64,000 bases of DNA from Chiloscyllium plagiosum. Lineage: Eukaryota. Under the pieces are notes generated by a model. It was not told where the DNA came from, searched no databases, and saw only the letters and a list, made by a program, of their open reading frames with translations. Positions 53,448-64,000 of the stretch are shown in pieces. The DNA lies in contig NC_057711.1 in the NCBI RefSeq assembly GCF_004010195.1, forward strand, positions 81,262,714-81,326,713. Direction: 5' to 3'. Position numbers and translations under genes: made by a program. How positions within the stretch are numbered: the first letter of the stretch is position 1; each line of letters begins with the position of its first letter.

Positions 53448-53654
53448 CAACAAATACAGAGGGTGTTATAAGGAATCTTTCATGTCCTACAGTCTCACCT
53501 TCTCCAGATTAATGGAAGTGATTAATTCCAGCATGAGAGTGACACCTGGTCATGAAGGAACAGGATGTGGTACCCTCGGTATGACTACACATTTCCTTCT
53601 TCACCTCAAACAAAACGCATCATGTTAACAGAAGGTTTAGCTGAGCCATACTGT

Positions 53655-54570
53655 TATAGAACATAGAACATTACAGCGCAGTTCAGGCCCTTCAGACCTC
53701 AATATCACGCTGACCTGTCATACCAATCTGAAGCCCATCTAACCTGCACTATTCCCTGTACGTCAATATGCTTGTCCAATGACGACTTAAATGTACTTAA
53801 AGTTGGCGAATCTTCTACCGTTGCAGACAAAGCCTCCCATACCCTTACTACTCTCTGAGCTGTTCTGGAGCATCTGAGATGCCATAATCTATGGCTGGTT
53901 CATCAGAACAGGCTCAGTTACCTAGGACTTCCCGGTATCTCAGGGGTTCTAACACAGGCAACTGCAGCCCAGTGGTCGTTATGCAATCCAAAATGAGTAT
54001 CAATAAGCTGTTATGGCCATGTATGGTCTGTTTGATTTATTATCATTGGTTCGTCAAACTCCTGGAAATCACCATTTTCAACAGTGGCAAGAGGGCCCAG
54101 AATTATCTATTCAGGGACAATTACATTTGGGCTATAAATACTGGCCTTGCCTGTGGTGTCCTTGCTTATAGTGTCCATTCAGAAATTACTTTTTATGGCA
54201 TTAGTGAGGGCACTTTTGGAGTACTGCATACAGCTCTGGTTGTCCTGCTATAGGAAGAATGCTATTAAATTGGAAAGGGTGCAGAAAAGATTTACAAGCA
54301 TGTTGCCGGGACTGGAGCGTTTGCATTATAAGGAGAGGCTGGATAGTCATAGAGTCATAGAGATGTACAGCATGGAAACAGACCCTTTGGTCCAATTTGT
54401 CCATGCCAACCAGATATCCTAAATTAATCTAGTCCCATTTGCCAGCATTTGGCCCATATCACTCAAAACCCTTCCTATTCAGATACCTATCCAGATGTCT
54501 GTTAAATATTGTAATTGTAGCAGCCTCCACCACTTCCTCCGGCAATTCATTCCATATATGCACCACCATC
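53655..54570. mobile_element. Several CR1 fragments (3' ends on - at 53655 and 54345, ORF2 piece on + at ~54190-54345)
   Basis: ATAGAACATAGAAC and GTCATAGAGTCATAGAG tails; peptide LVRALLEYCIQLW..LERVQKRF. Confidence 0.8.
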
Positions 54571-55395
54571 TGCATGACAATATAGAGGAGACCATATCAG
54601 GTGCAGCAGATGCAATAGATGATATGTGTGGAGGTGCAGGTGAATTTGTGGCGAATATAGAAGGATCCCTTGGGGCCTTGGAGGGAAGTAAGGGGGGAGG
54701 GGTGGGCGCAAGTTTTACATTTCTTGCGGTTGCAGGGGAAGTTGCCGGGAGTGGAGGTTGGGTTGGTGGGGGGTATGGACCTGACGAGGGAGTCACAGAG
54801 GGAGTGGTCTTTTTGGAACGCTGATAGGGGAGGGGAGGGAAATATATCCTTCGTGGAGGGGTCCATTTGGAGGTGGCTGAAATGACGACGGATGATACGA
54901 TGTATATGGAGGTTGGTGGGGTGGTAAGTAAGGACCAGTGGGGTTCTCTCCTGGTGGCGATTGTAGGGGCGGGGCTCAAGGGCGGAGGAGCGGGAAGTGG
55001 AGGAGATGCGGTGGAGAGCATCGTCGATCACGTCTGGGAGGAAATTGCGGTCTTTGAAGAAGGAGCCCATCTGGGTTGTTCGGTATTGGAACTGGTCCTC
55101 CTGGGAGCAGATGCGGCGGAGACGAAGGAATTGGGAATATGGGATGGCGTTTTTACAGGGGGCAGGGTGGGAGGAGGTGTAGTCTAGGTAGCTGTGGGAG
55201 TCGGTCGGTTTATAGTAAATGTCCGTGTTGATTCGTTGATTTACTATAAACCGACATCAACACGGACATTTACTATAAACTGACCGACTCCCACAGCTAC
55301 CTAGACTACACCTCCTCCCACCCTGCCCCCTATAGAAACCGACATGATCGACGATGCCCTCCACCGCATCTCCTCCATTTCCCGCTCCTCCGCCA
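54570..55395 (-). mobile_element. PLE RT-linker/GIY-YIG fragment with inverted, rearranged 5' junction
   Basis: ORF 54597-55070(-) reads PLVLTYHP..CNRKKCKTC..FTCTSTHIIYCICC; 55240-55395 consists of inverted pieces of the same element. Confidence 0.9.
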
Positions 55396-55587
55396 TAAGA
55401 ACTGGAAAGTTATTATTTAAAGATTTGGTCATTTGTAGATTTGCCAACGTGACAATGAACCAGCTGCTTCCTTCGGCTGAGACCTCTTTATTGTTTCCAT
55501 AATTTTCTCATATGGCTCGAACTAACTTAAGGTTCTGCCAACAATCCGCTGTAGCAACTCCTTTAATGTATAAATGAAGGTTATTAC

Positions 55588-55734
55588 CTGTGTCTTTTCC
55601 AATTTTACTTCTCTCATCTGTCTGTATTTCAGGCAGCCAGAACTTGATAACAGATGTTCCTTTCTGAGACATGAATCGTTGGAAGAAAGTAAAATGATTT
55701 CCCCACGTTTGATATCCGTGTGTAAAATTATACC
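55588..55734 (-). other. Candidate exon (147 nt) of an unidentified host transcript
   Basis: TTTTTCATTGGCAG acceptor, CAG|GTAATA donor, two open frames, non-repetitive sequence. Confidence 0.35.
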
Positions 55735-56497
55735 CTGCCAATGAAAAAGTCTGATGTTTATGACTCAGTGAACATGATTTTTGATCTCAGAGAAGGTGGA
55801 ATTAGAAGTGCATGAGGGTACATAACCAGTTATAGGTATTACCCTCAGCTCTTTAATATGATCCTGCCTCCCATTGATTTTTGAACTGGATGCCGACAAA
55901 CCACTGTCGTGTTGCTGCTCAGTGCTTCAGCATATAAATGAGGTGATTAACAGCTATTTAAAGGGATTTGTTTTTAAGCATGAGGGACTATGACTAGTCA
56001 TGACCAGATCTTGAATAAGAGGTGGCAGCCCCAAGAGACCCATTTGACCTGCTGTCCTCGTTCTGCAAGGGTGTGTGTGTGTGTGTATATAAGTGTGGGG
56101 GGGGAGGGTGTGTGTGTATAAGTGTGGGGGGGAGGGGTGGTGGTGGAGGGGAGGTGTGAACCCACTGTGGAAATACATAATTGAGGTTCAATTAATCCCA
56201 GTGCAACCTGAAAATCCACTCTCCAACTGCCATAATCTGTCACCTAATTACAATTAAATGCACCTCTCCTGCACTCATAATTTGCCTGCCTTTAACGAAT
56301 CAGTCATTAGTTACATAATGCTTGGTGCAATCATAATTACAATATACTGACTGAGATTAACATATCCAAAATAAAACAATGACACATAGTGGGCTGAACT
56401 TTGAGGTCATTGACACAAAGTCTTCCTCTAGTGACTGGGGACACTCCCTCTGTGACTGAGGGTAGAATAGAAATCGGGTTTGTGTGTGTGTGTGTGT

Positions 56498-56902
56498 CAG
56501 TCGGAGATGTCCAAACTGAAAATTTGATAGAAAAGGATATCCAGAAGGACTTGCAGCCTCCAAAGCAACAACCCATGGTGTATATTTGTGGAGGATGTCA
56601 TACTGAAAATGAAATTAAAGCAAGAGATCCAATCCGATGCCGAGAATGTGGTTACAGAATAATGTACAAGAAGAGAATAAAGAGATTGGTTGTTTTTGAT
56701 GCCCGGTGAAATTCAACTTATTTCTTAAATTTGCACCGAAAAGATTTGCAAGTGTTTCTGTCTAGCCTTGTTTCTCATGTAAATTTCAGATTGGAAGTCT
56801 CTTTTTTTTGTTGTTGTTATTTCTCACATTCTTCAAAAAGTATTTACAAGATGTTCTGTTTTATTTGATGGAAATAAATTGCTTTACATAATTGAAAAAA
56901 AA
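56498..56902 (+). pseudogene. POLR2K: Processed pseudogene of RNA polymerase I/II/III shared subunit RPABC4 (RPB12)
   Basis: Intronless 56533-56709 reads (K)[57 protein letters not shown], matching 58-aa vertebrate POLR2K, but the start codon position is AAG. AATAAA at 56873-56878, A8 at 56895-56902, GT-repeat flanks. Confidence 0.95.
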
Positions 56903-56919
56903 GTGTGTGTGAGCGTGTG

Positions 56920-58758
56920 CATGCCGGGGATCCACGCACAGCTTGATGCAGCCACACACAAAGGTGGCCATCAGGGTGAGGGTGGCATTGGGTGTATTTT
57001 TTCCCCAGTTTCCCAGATCTTTGTACAGCGAGTCCCTTCGGACCTGGTCCATCTTTGACCTCCATATAAATTGGAAGATGGCCCGGGTGACTGCAGCGGC
57101 ACAGGTTCTGGGAATAGGCCAGACCTGTGCCATGTATAACAGCAATGACAGTGCCTCACACCTGATGACCAGGTTTTTCCCGCGATGGAGAGCGACCGTA
57201 ACTTCCATCTGCCCAGTTTATGCCTCACTTTGCTGATACGCTCCTCCCAAGACTTGGCGCACGCCCCAGCCCCCCCAAACCAAATACTCAGCACCTTCAG
57301 GTGGTCGGTCATGACGGTGAAGGGGATTGAGGATTGGTTGGCCCAGTTCCCGAAGAGCATGGCCTCGCTCTTGCCTCGGTTTACCTTGGCCCCCGAGGCC
57401 CATCCAAACTGGTCACAAATGCACATGAGTCTGCGCATGGACAGCGGATCCGAGCAGAAAACAACAACGTCATCCATGTACAGGGAGGCCTTAACCTGCA
57501 GGCCCCCGCTGCCAGGAATAGTCACCCCTGTCAGGCTCGCATCCTTCCTGATGGACTCGGCAAATGGCTCTGTGCAGCACACAAACAAGGCAGGAGAGAG
57601 AGGGCAGCCCTGCCTGACTCCAGATCTGACTGGGAAACTATCTGATTCCCACCCATTGATTGAGACTGCACTGACAATGTTGGTGCAGAGCAGTCTGATC
57701 TAATTGCAGATTCCCTCCCCAAAGCCAATTTTGGAGAGAACATCTCTCATATACGTGTGTGATATCCTGTCACCAAGTGTCACTACGTACTGAGGTTCTA
57801 CCTGTCCCCGGTGTTGCGAAGGATGGGCCTGGCCTCACTGCCGCAGAACGCACCGAGTAGTAGGACCGTTCTGTATCACTTGTCCTTCATGGAGAAATTT
57901 ATGAAGAAAAACACCTTTGACCACAAGTCCATCAGGAAGTGGTCAGCACGTAGTGTCCTTGAGACACTTCGGGAAAAGGAGAGGCCGGAGCCTATCGAGC
58001 AGTTCCCTGAGTAGACTGTCAAAGCCATTTGGCAGAATGCCTCATCGCCAGAACTTTCCAACAAGCACCAAGACATGGCTTGGCTGGTGGTGAGAAGGGC
58101 TCTGCCTGTGAGATCCTTTATGCACGCCCGGACTCTCAGCCGCACCGCATGCTGCCCTCGAAGCGGCTGCGGGGAGACAAGACTGTTACACACCTCCTTC
58201 TGGAATGTGCCTATGCAGAAGAAGTCTGGAGAGGAATGCAGTGGTGTTTGTCAAAGTTCGTCACGAGCAGCGCCGTGACGCGGGACTCCGTGCTCTACGG
58301 CCTGTTCCCCGGGACGCACACCGAGACGAACATCAACTGTGCCTGGAGGATCATCAACTCGGTGAAGGACGCTCTCTGGGAGGTCTGAAACCTGCTGATC
58401 TTCCAGCTGAAGGAGTTGACCCCAACTGAGTGCTGCAGACTGGCGCATTCCAAGGTCCAGGACTACGTGTTGAGGGACGCGCTGAAGCTTGGGGCAGCTG
58501 CCGCCAAGGCGCGGTGGGGAAAGACCACCGTGTAACATCTGCCTGCCTAAGAAGAACAGGGGGCCCACACAGTCATTTGGGCTCTGCTGACGCCTCAGCT
58601 AAATATATGGACATATGATTGATAAACGTACAGACCTGTATATAAAAATGATAAATTCTGATCTCTGTATGTAAATGTTTACGTATGTATGGCATGACCA
58701 ACTGTACAGACCATCAAATTATTTTATGAATAAAGTATATTTTTGAAATAAAAAAAAA
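56920..58758 (+). mobile_element. Tx1/L1-clade LINE, 5'-truncated with inverted 5' half (56920-57771 on -, 57771-58758 on +)
   Basis: Minus arm: SGVRQGCPLSP..YMDDV..LKVLSIWFG. Plus arm: C-terminal zinc-knuckle region (CPRSGC / TVTHLLLEC), AATAAA at 58729, poly(A). TSD GTGTGTGTGAGCGTGTG at 56903-56919 and 58759-58775. Confidence 0.93.
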
Positions 58759-61234
58759 GTGTGTGTGAGCGTGTGAGTGTGAGAGAGCCTGCCTGCATTT
58801 AGAGTGCCTCAGCCAGAGGAGTCAAGGACTCAGTGAGATTGTCCCCTTGAGGCATAGGTTCATCATACACACTGCTACTAATCCCAGATCCTTCATGGTC
58901 CATTTGAATGTGAGAGTGGATAATTAGCTCTTATGTACTTGGCATTCACTCTATACATCATTGCCACTGTCTGGTCAATGCTATGTAATGTGGCATTCAT
59001 TATCTGGTGGTCAGTACACTGCTCCTGCAACCTCGCAACACCATGCTCTGCTTGACTCTCCAAGGGATTAGCCAAATCTTCAATGGATGAACTCATGCAG
59101 TCAAATGCTAAGTCATATCATGAATAGACCTCTCCAAAATATGTTCATGACTCTGCATAGTGTCAGTAAACTCACTGGTCACAGCTCTCACAATGTTGCT
59201 GTCATAACATCCACCCGGTACAAGGCTCCCAAAGCCCTGCATCATGAACCAGTTCGATTGGGGTGTGTCTGACCATCATTATCTGAAGCTGCATCCACCT
59301 TCCTCACCTCCTCCATAATTATCACTCATTCTGTCCATCTCCTTCACAATTGTTTCATGTCAGGTCATGTTTACATAACCAGAGAGACGTTACTAAATCA
59401 GGCAGCTGCACTGGCTTAGATGCCTGGACTTGTGTCTGTATAGCTCATCTTTAAATCTCATCCACTTCAATCTGGCATCCATACATCCCAGTCAATAACT
59501 GGCCTGATCATTTGAAATTGTGTCACATGCAGCAATGCAGGATTGAGACCCTAGAATGCATACAACATCAAAATACTGACCCCAGAATCCAAGTTCCTGC
59601 ATCTTTGTCCTCGGACACTCACATTGCTTTAGTCTTAGGAGTAGCCATTGTTTTTCCACACCTTATAATCCTGTTTGCATTGGCAAAGTTTCAAAAGTGC
59701 ATCTTTCATCGAACTATATTACTAAGATCTTTCTGCCTTCTTATTTAGCTCTTACTCCACTTCTGTTAATCAGTTGTGCCAAATGGTTCTGTTTAAATAA
59801 GTTTCCTTCCTGCTATGCCTCTCAGCTTTGACATCTTTAGTGGCAAATCTACTACTGATTGCATGTCTTATCTTCAGCCGATTTCTGTCAATCAAGAATT
59901 ACACAAGGGAACAATGACCCTATCCTTTCAGCCAGAAAATATTCCACTTACAGATCTTGTGAACCTACAGACAGTTTGTCAATTGTGCAAGTTCTCAATT
60001 TTCTAATACCAAGCATGACCCTTCTTACCTACCTCCCAGCTATTCGGCAGTACATTTTCTTTTTATTCCCAGTCCTCTGTTCTCAAATTTTATGCATGCC
60101 TATTTGCTTTTGAAAGAGTTTCATTTGCCTGGATTTTCAATCTCAAGCTGACTAATCAGAGTCAGAAAAAAAGACTGGATTAAGCAATCCCATAATCAAC
60201 TGATCAGATTTAAGGTCTATAGTCCCATTGTGATTGGTAAAGCAAGTAAACATCTAAACAAACAAAGAAGCTACTCAACCATCCGAAACACAATGGGACG
60301 CTACATCATACCAATACAAACGACTCGACTGAATCATTTTGAACTCCTTGTCCATCACTGTGCCATGTGAATAATCCACCTCTTAAGATCGCCAGTACCA
60401 TCGATGTCACCAGCCAATTGGGTACATACCTTGTGGTATCAAGATATGGCTCAAGACATCGGATACAGCAAAAGCTATGAGCTCAAAAATCACCACAGCA
60501 GTGATTGTAAAGACTCGTTCTCCAGAACTAGCCAACTTCTTCCATTATAGGTACACACCCTCCTGACAATGTGGAAAATTGCCCAGGCATGACCTGTCCA
60601 CAAAAAGCAGGACAAGTCCAATCTGGTCAATTACACCTTATAAATCTATCATCATAATCAACAAAGCTATGGAAGGTGTCATTGACCATACTAACAAGCA
60701 GCATACACACTGTCATAATCTGTTCAACAATCCTCAGTTTGCAATCTACCATCACATATTACAGCCTTGATTCAAGCATGGACAAAAGGGGGTGAATTCA
60801 AGAGATGAGGTGTGTAAAAGGTGCAAGGTGTGTAAAGGCCACATTTTTTTCTTGCAATTATTTTTGAACTTTGAACTAAAAATGTAACATCCTACTTTAA
60901 ACCAATCATGTTTACTTGAGCACATTGTGAGTTGCATGCAATGTTGCATTTTTCCCAGAACAGTAAGAGTGAAAACAAACACTACAGTGCTGATAGGTTC
61001 TGAAATAAGAGGCAACTCTTGGATAACAACATTTTGATTGGTCCCTGAGACGTTGGTTTTCATTGGACCATGTTTTATGTGGTGCCATTGCAGCAGTGAA
61101 CTGCAAAGAAAAAGTATATAAAAACCTCTCTTGTATGTGTATCTCTGTCTCTTATGTGGAACTATCAGTAGGTGTCCAGTAGCAGCTAACTGCCCTCCAA
61201 TCACTTTTCTCTGCAAATTGCCTTGGAGTCATGC

Positions 61235-61408
61235 AGTCATAGAGTCATAGAGATGTACAGCATGGAAAAAGACCCTTCGGTCCAACCCATCCATGCCGAC
61301 CAGATAGCCCAACCCAATCTAGTCCCATCTGCCAGCACCTGGCCCATATCCCTCCAAACCCTTCCTATTCAAATACCCATCCAAATGCCTCTTAAATGTT
61401 GCAATTGT
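61235..61408 (-). mobile_element. CR1/HER1 3' end
   Basis: GTCATAGAGTCATAGAGATGTACAGCATGGAAA. Confidence 0.9.
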
Positions 61409-61964
61409 TCAAACAGCAAAGACAGTGTCAGTTTCTTTCTTTCTCTCTCTCCTGCACTGACCTCACCATATGCTTCCTTTATCTGTTCTTCTCTCTTTTA
61501 AAACTGCTGTTGTTTTAATTTTATTTTCAAAGTTCCAAAACAATGCAACATCATATAAAACAGTAATTGCTGCTCCTGGAATTCGAGGAAATCACCCCCA
61601 GTACCTAAAATACCTCAAAAATGGATCAACTGTTACAGCCAGAAATTTTTCCCGTCCTCCATCTTGGATTACCCAGAATCCTCTTCTTGAAAGCAAAAAG
61701 GGAAAATCACTTTCAGAGGTGATTTTTGAAAGGGGCACATTCTCAACTAACGAACGAGAGAATGAACATAGTCACAGACCAGACCAAATCCCCTTGCAAA
61801 TATATCAAAGAGATAACCTAGACTTCCTAAACCTACCAGCAGACAAAGGACACATGACAATCATCCTGAACAGAATACAATATACCTGAGAACAAATTTA
61901 GCAGCTCAGCAAGCAATCTCATAACCTGATCCACAACCTGAGCTACAAATCTTTCCCAAAAAAA

Positions 61965-63610
61965 TCTCATAAATCCTAACTTTTATCTTATTTGAAGGCA
62001 AATGTAAGGTGCTCTGCTCCAGGTGTAATTCAGTTGTCCACATTACTCAGCTTTAAGCAAAACATACCTTATTCTTAATAGTTAAAATACAAACTAAAGA
62101 AAGAAGTGTTGGAATTTCTTAACTCTATTAGAAAACTTAACAGAATAATAGATTATTTTACTACTAAACAGTAACTTCTGCAATATACAGTGGAACTTCA
62201 ATTATCCAAATACCAATTATCCAAAAATCGGATTATCCGAAGGAGATCTCGAGGTCCCAACAGAAACATTACATCAAAGACATGTGTCCAACACTGACCG
62301 CATCTTTTGTTTACAGTGATTAAAAGTGCTGCCCAGAACGTTCTGGACTGATGGGAGCACAGGCACCATCTTTAAATGACTGACTTCCCACCCTCTCTCT
62401 CTCTATTCTCACACTTTCCCTGGAGTTCTACACAGTTCTACCTAAACACCCCTTCCCCAGATAATCTTTCTAACATTGTCCTGTACAGGGCAGAGGTGGA
62501 ACCTGTCAAAAATTGCAGTAAATAGTTGTGCGCATTTGTTTGTGCTATTTGGAGACTCACCCCCACAAAAGCAGCAGCAACAGTAGCAGTCTTGTTGTTG
62601 GTGTCCAGTCCGGCTTCCTGGAGAGGGGGCGGGGGTGGACGGGTGTTGTGAGAGGAGTGGGGGTGAGAGCGGGCAGAGGGCAGTGTTGGGGGAAGACGGA
62701 GGGGGCTGTGTTGTGGTCAGACGGGGGTGATTTTGGGGACAGATGGGCGGGGTCAGGCGGGAGGCAGTGCTATAGGCAGATGGGGGGAGCGGACAGGGGG
62801 CAGGCTGGGGTGCGGTGTTAGTGCAGATGCAGGGGCGGGCGGGTGAGGGCTTGCATGCGCTGTGCTGCTGCTATTAGTCTCCTGAATGGGGAGCAGACTT
62901 AATAGAAAACCCCAAGCACCAGAGGAAAGACATTGAATCGATTAACCAAATAATCAATTATACAAACGAAATATTCCCTGCCCATCTCATTCAGATCATC
63001 AGGTTCCTCTGTAGTAACATTCTATAAACATACCCTTGGCAAAGGCATGGTCAGTAAACAGATTGTCTCACATGCAATTCTGACAACAGAAAGAGAACCC
63101 AGGCTTTTAGCTGTATTAGAGGAGTAGCATTTTCCACAAGCAGCAACTACTGAAAGCCCCAAAAACATCCTGGTAAATCTCTTCTGAACCCTCTCCAGTT
63201 TAAAAATATCCTTCCTATAACAGGGAGACCAGAATGGACATAGTATTCCAGAAGAGGCCTCACCAATGTCCTATACAACCTCAACAAAGCATCCTAACTC
63301 CTACATTCAAAGGTCTAAGATATGAAGTCAAGCATGCTAAACATCTTCTTAACAATCCTACCTATATGTGATGGAGCAGGAGAATCGACGTTTCAGGCAT
63401 AAGCTAAATCAAAACCCTGGTTGTGTGAGAGCCTGACTCCACCCATTCATGCTGCTTCTATTGTTCCAACTTGTTTTAAAAAACCCAAGGCCTCACAAGC
63501 TGTATACTTCATTGGCTTGAAACAGACTGCCCCCCCATCTCTGTCTCAATCTTTCTTCATTAAAAAGAATGATAAAATATACCTCTTAAAGTCATAGTAT
63601 TGTCATCACA
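61965..63610. mobile_element. Probable solo LTR-type repeat hosting a MITE and a CR1 fragment (~63165-63370)
   Basis: Homology to 23158-23830 on both sides of the nested inserts. Confidence 0.45.
62188..63011. mobile_element. Non-autonomous pogo/Tigger-like DNA transposon
   Basis: TA|CAGTGGAACTTCAATTATCC ... GATCATCAGGTTCCTCTG|TA: imperfect TIRs with TA TSD and subterminal ATTATCC repeats. Confidence 0.75.
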
Positions 63611-64000
63611 TCAATATACAAACAACCACTTGTCGACATCACAGTGTTGGAAGGAAGAGAAAGAAATCAACTCATCAAATTGTGTGGCCCAGACTTGTGC
63701 TATCAAATTGTGTTTCTTGATTTATTTTCCTATTCCATCCTTAATATTCATATGCGAGAGGGGGAATTTAAGAAGAAGTAGAATTCACATGATAAGGAGT
63801 TACAAGTTAACAATTAATATTTCTCAATTGTGATTGGTTAATAACAATTTGATTTTAATAAGCCTTAATTTTCTTACTAAATACAGAAACTTGGTGAGTA
63901 TTTTCTTTAATGACTTTGTCAGTCAGGTGCATTGGAGAATTTGGATAGTTTAACTCATTCTCTTCACACTTATGATGACTATAGTAATGCTTGATTTCTC

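Noticed and set aside
55640..55700. RGS-domain-like F..F....FWL pattern
   Set aside because: Too short and divergent to name a gene.
56401..56532. N-terminal extension making a 102-aa POLR2K
   Set aside because: It starts at a TTG and runs through flank, (GT)n and 5' UTR; there is no ATG before 56575.

Overview
Repeat-dominated vertebrate genomic DNA, very probably from an elasmobranch (shark), inferred from HE1-type tRNA SINEs, HER1/CR1 LINE 3' tails and Deu-domain SINEs. There are two assembly gaps (1035-1326, 42016-42848). I can confidently call no intact protein-coding gene. Contents: many CR1-clade LINE fragments, including a young near-full-length copy (ORF1 zinc finger/leucine zipper/SGNH esterase, ORF2 APE and RT); several Penelope-like element (PLE) families, whose short or inverted copies carry minimal hammerhead ribozymes; tRNA-derived SINEs; a pogo/Tigger-like MITE; probable solo LTRs; and a POLR2K processed pseudogene with a 5'-inverted Tx1/L1-clade LINE at its poly(A)/GT-repeat end. 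A few minus-strand candidate exons of an unidentified host transcript are also present. The most notable signals are: (1) a TTTAAAC/TTTAAAT slippery heptamer at the CR1 ORF1 stop, with an ATG-less ORF2 in the -1 frame (candidate programmed frameshift); (2) a TSD-flanked 1.55-kb insertion made of a copy of neighbouring genomic DNA plus a PLE hammerhead tail; (3) the retrocopy plus twin-primed Tx1 compound insertion. Boundaries of degenerate repeats are approximate and were read by eye.
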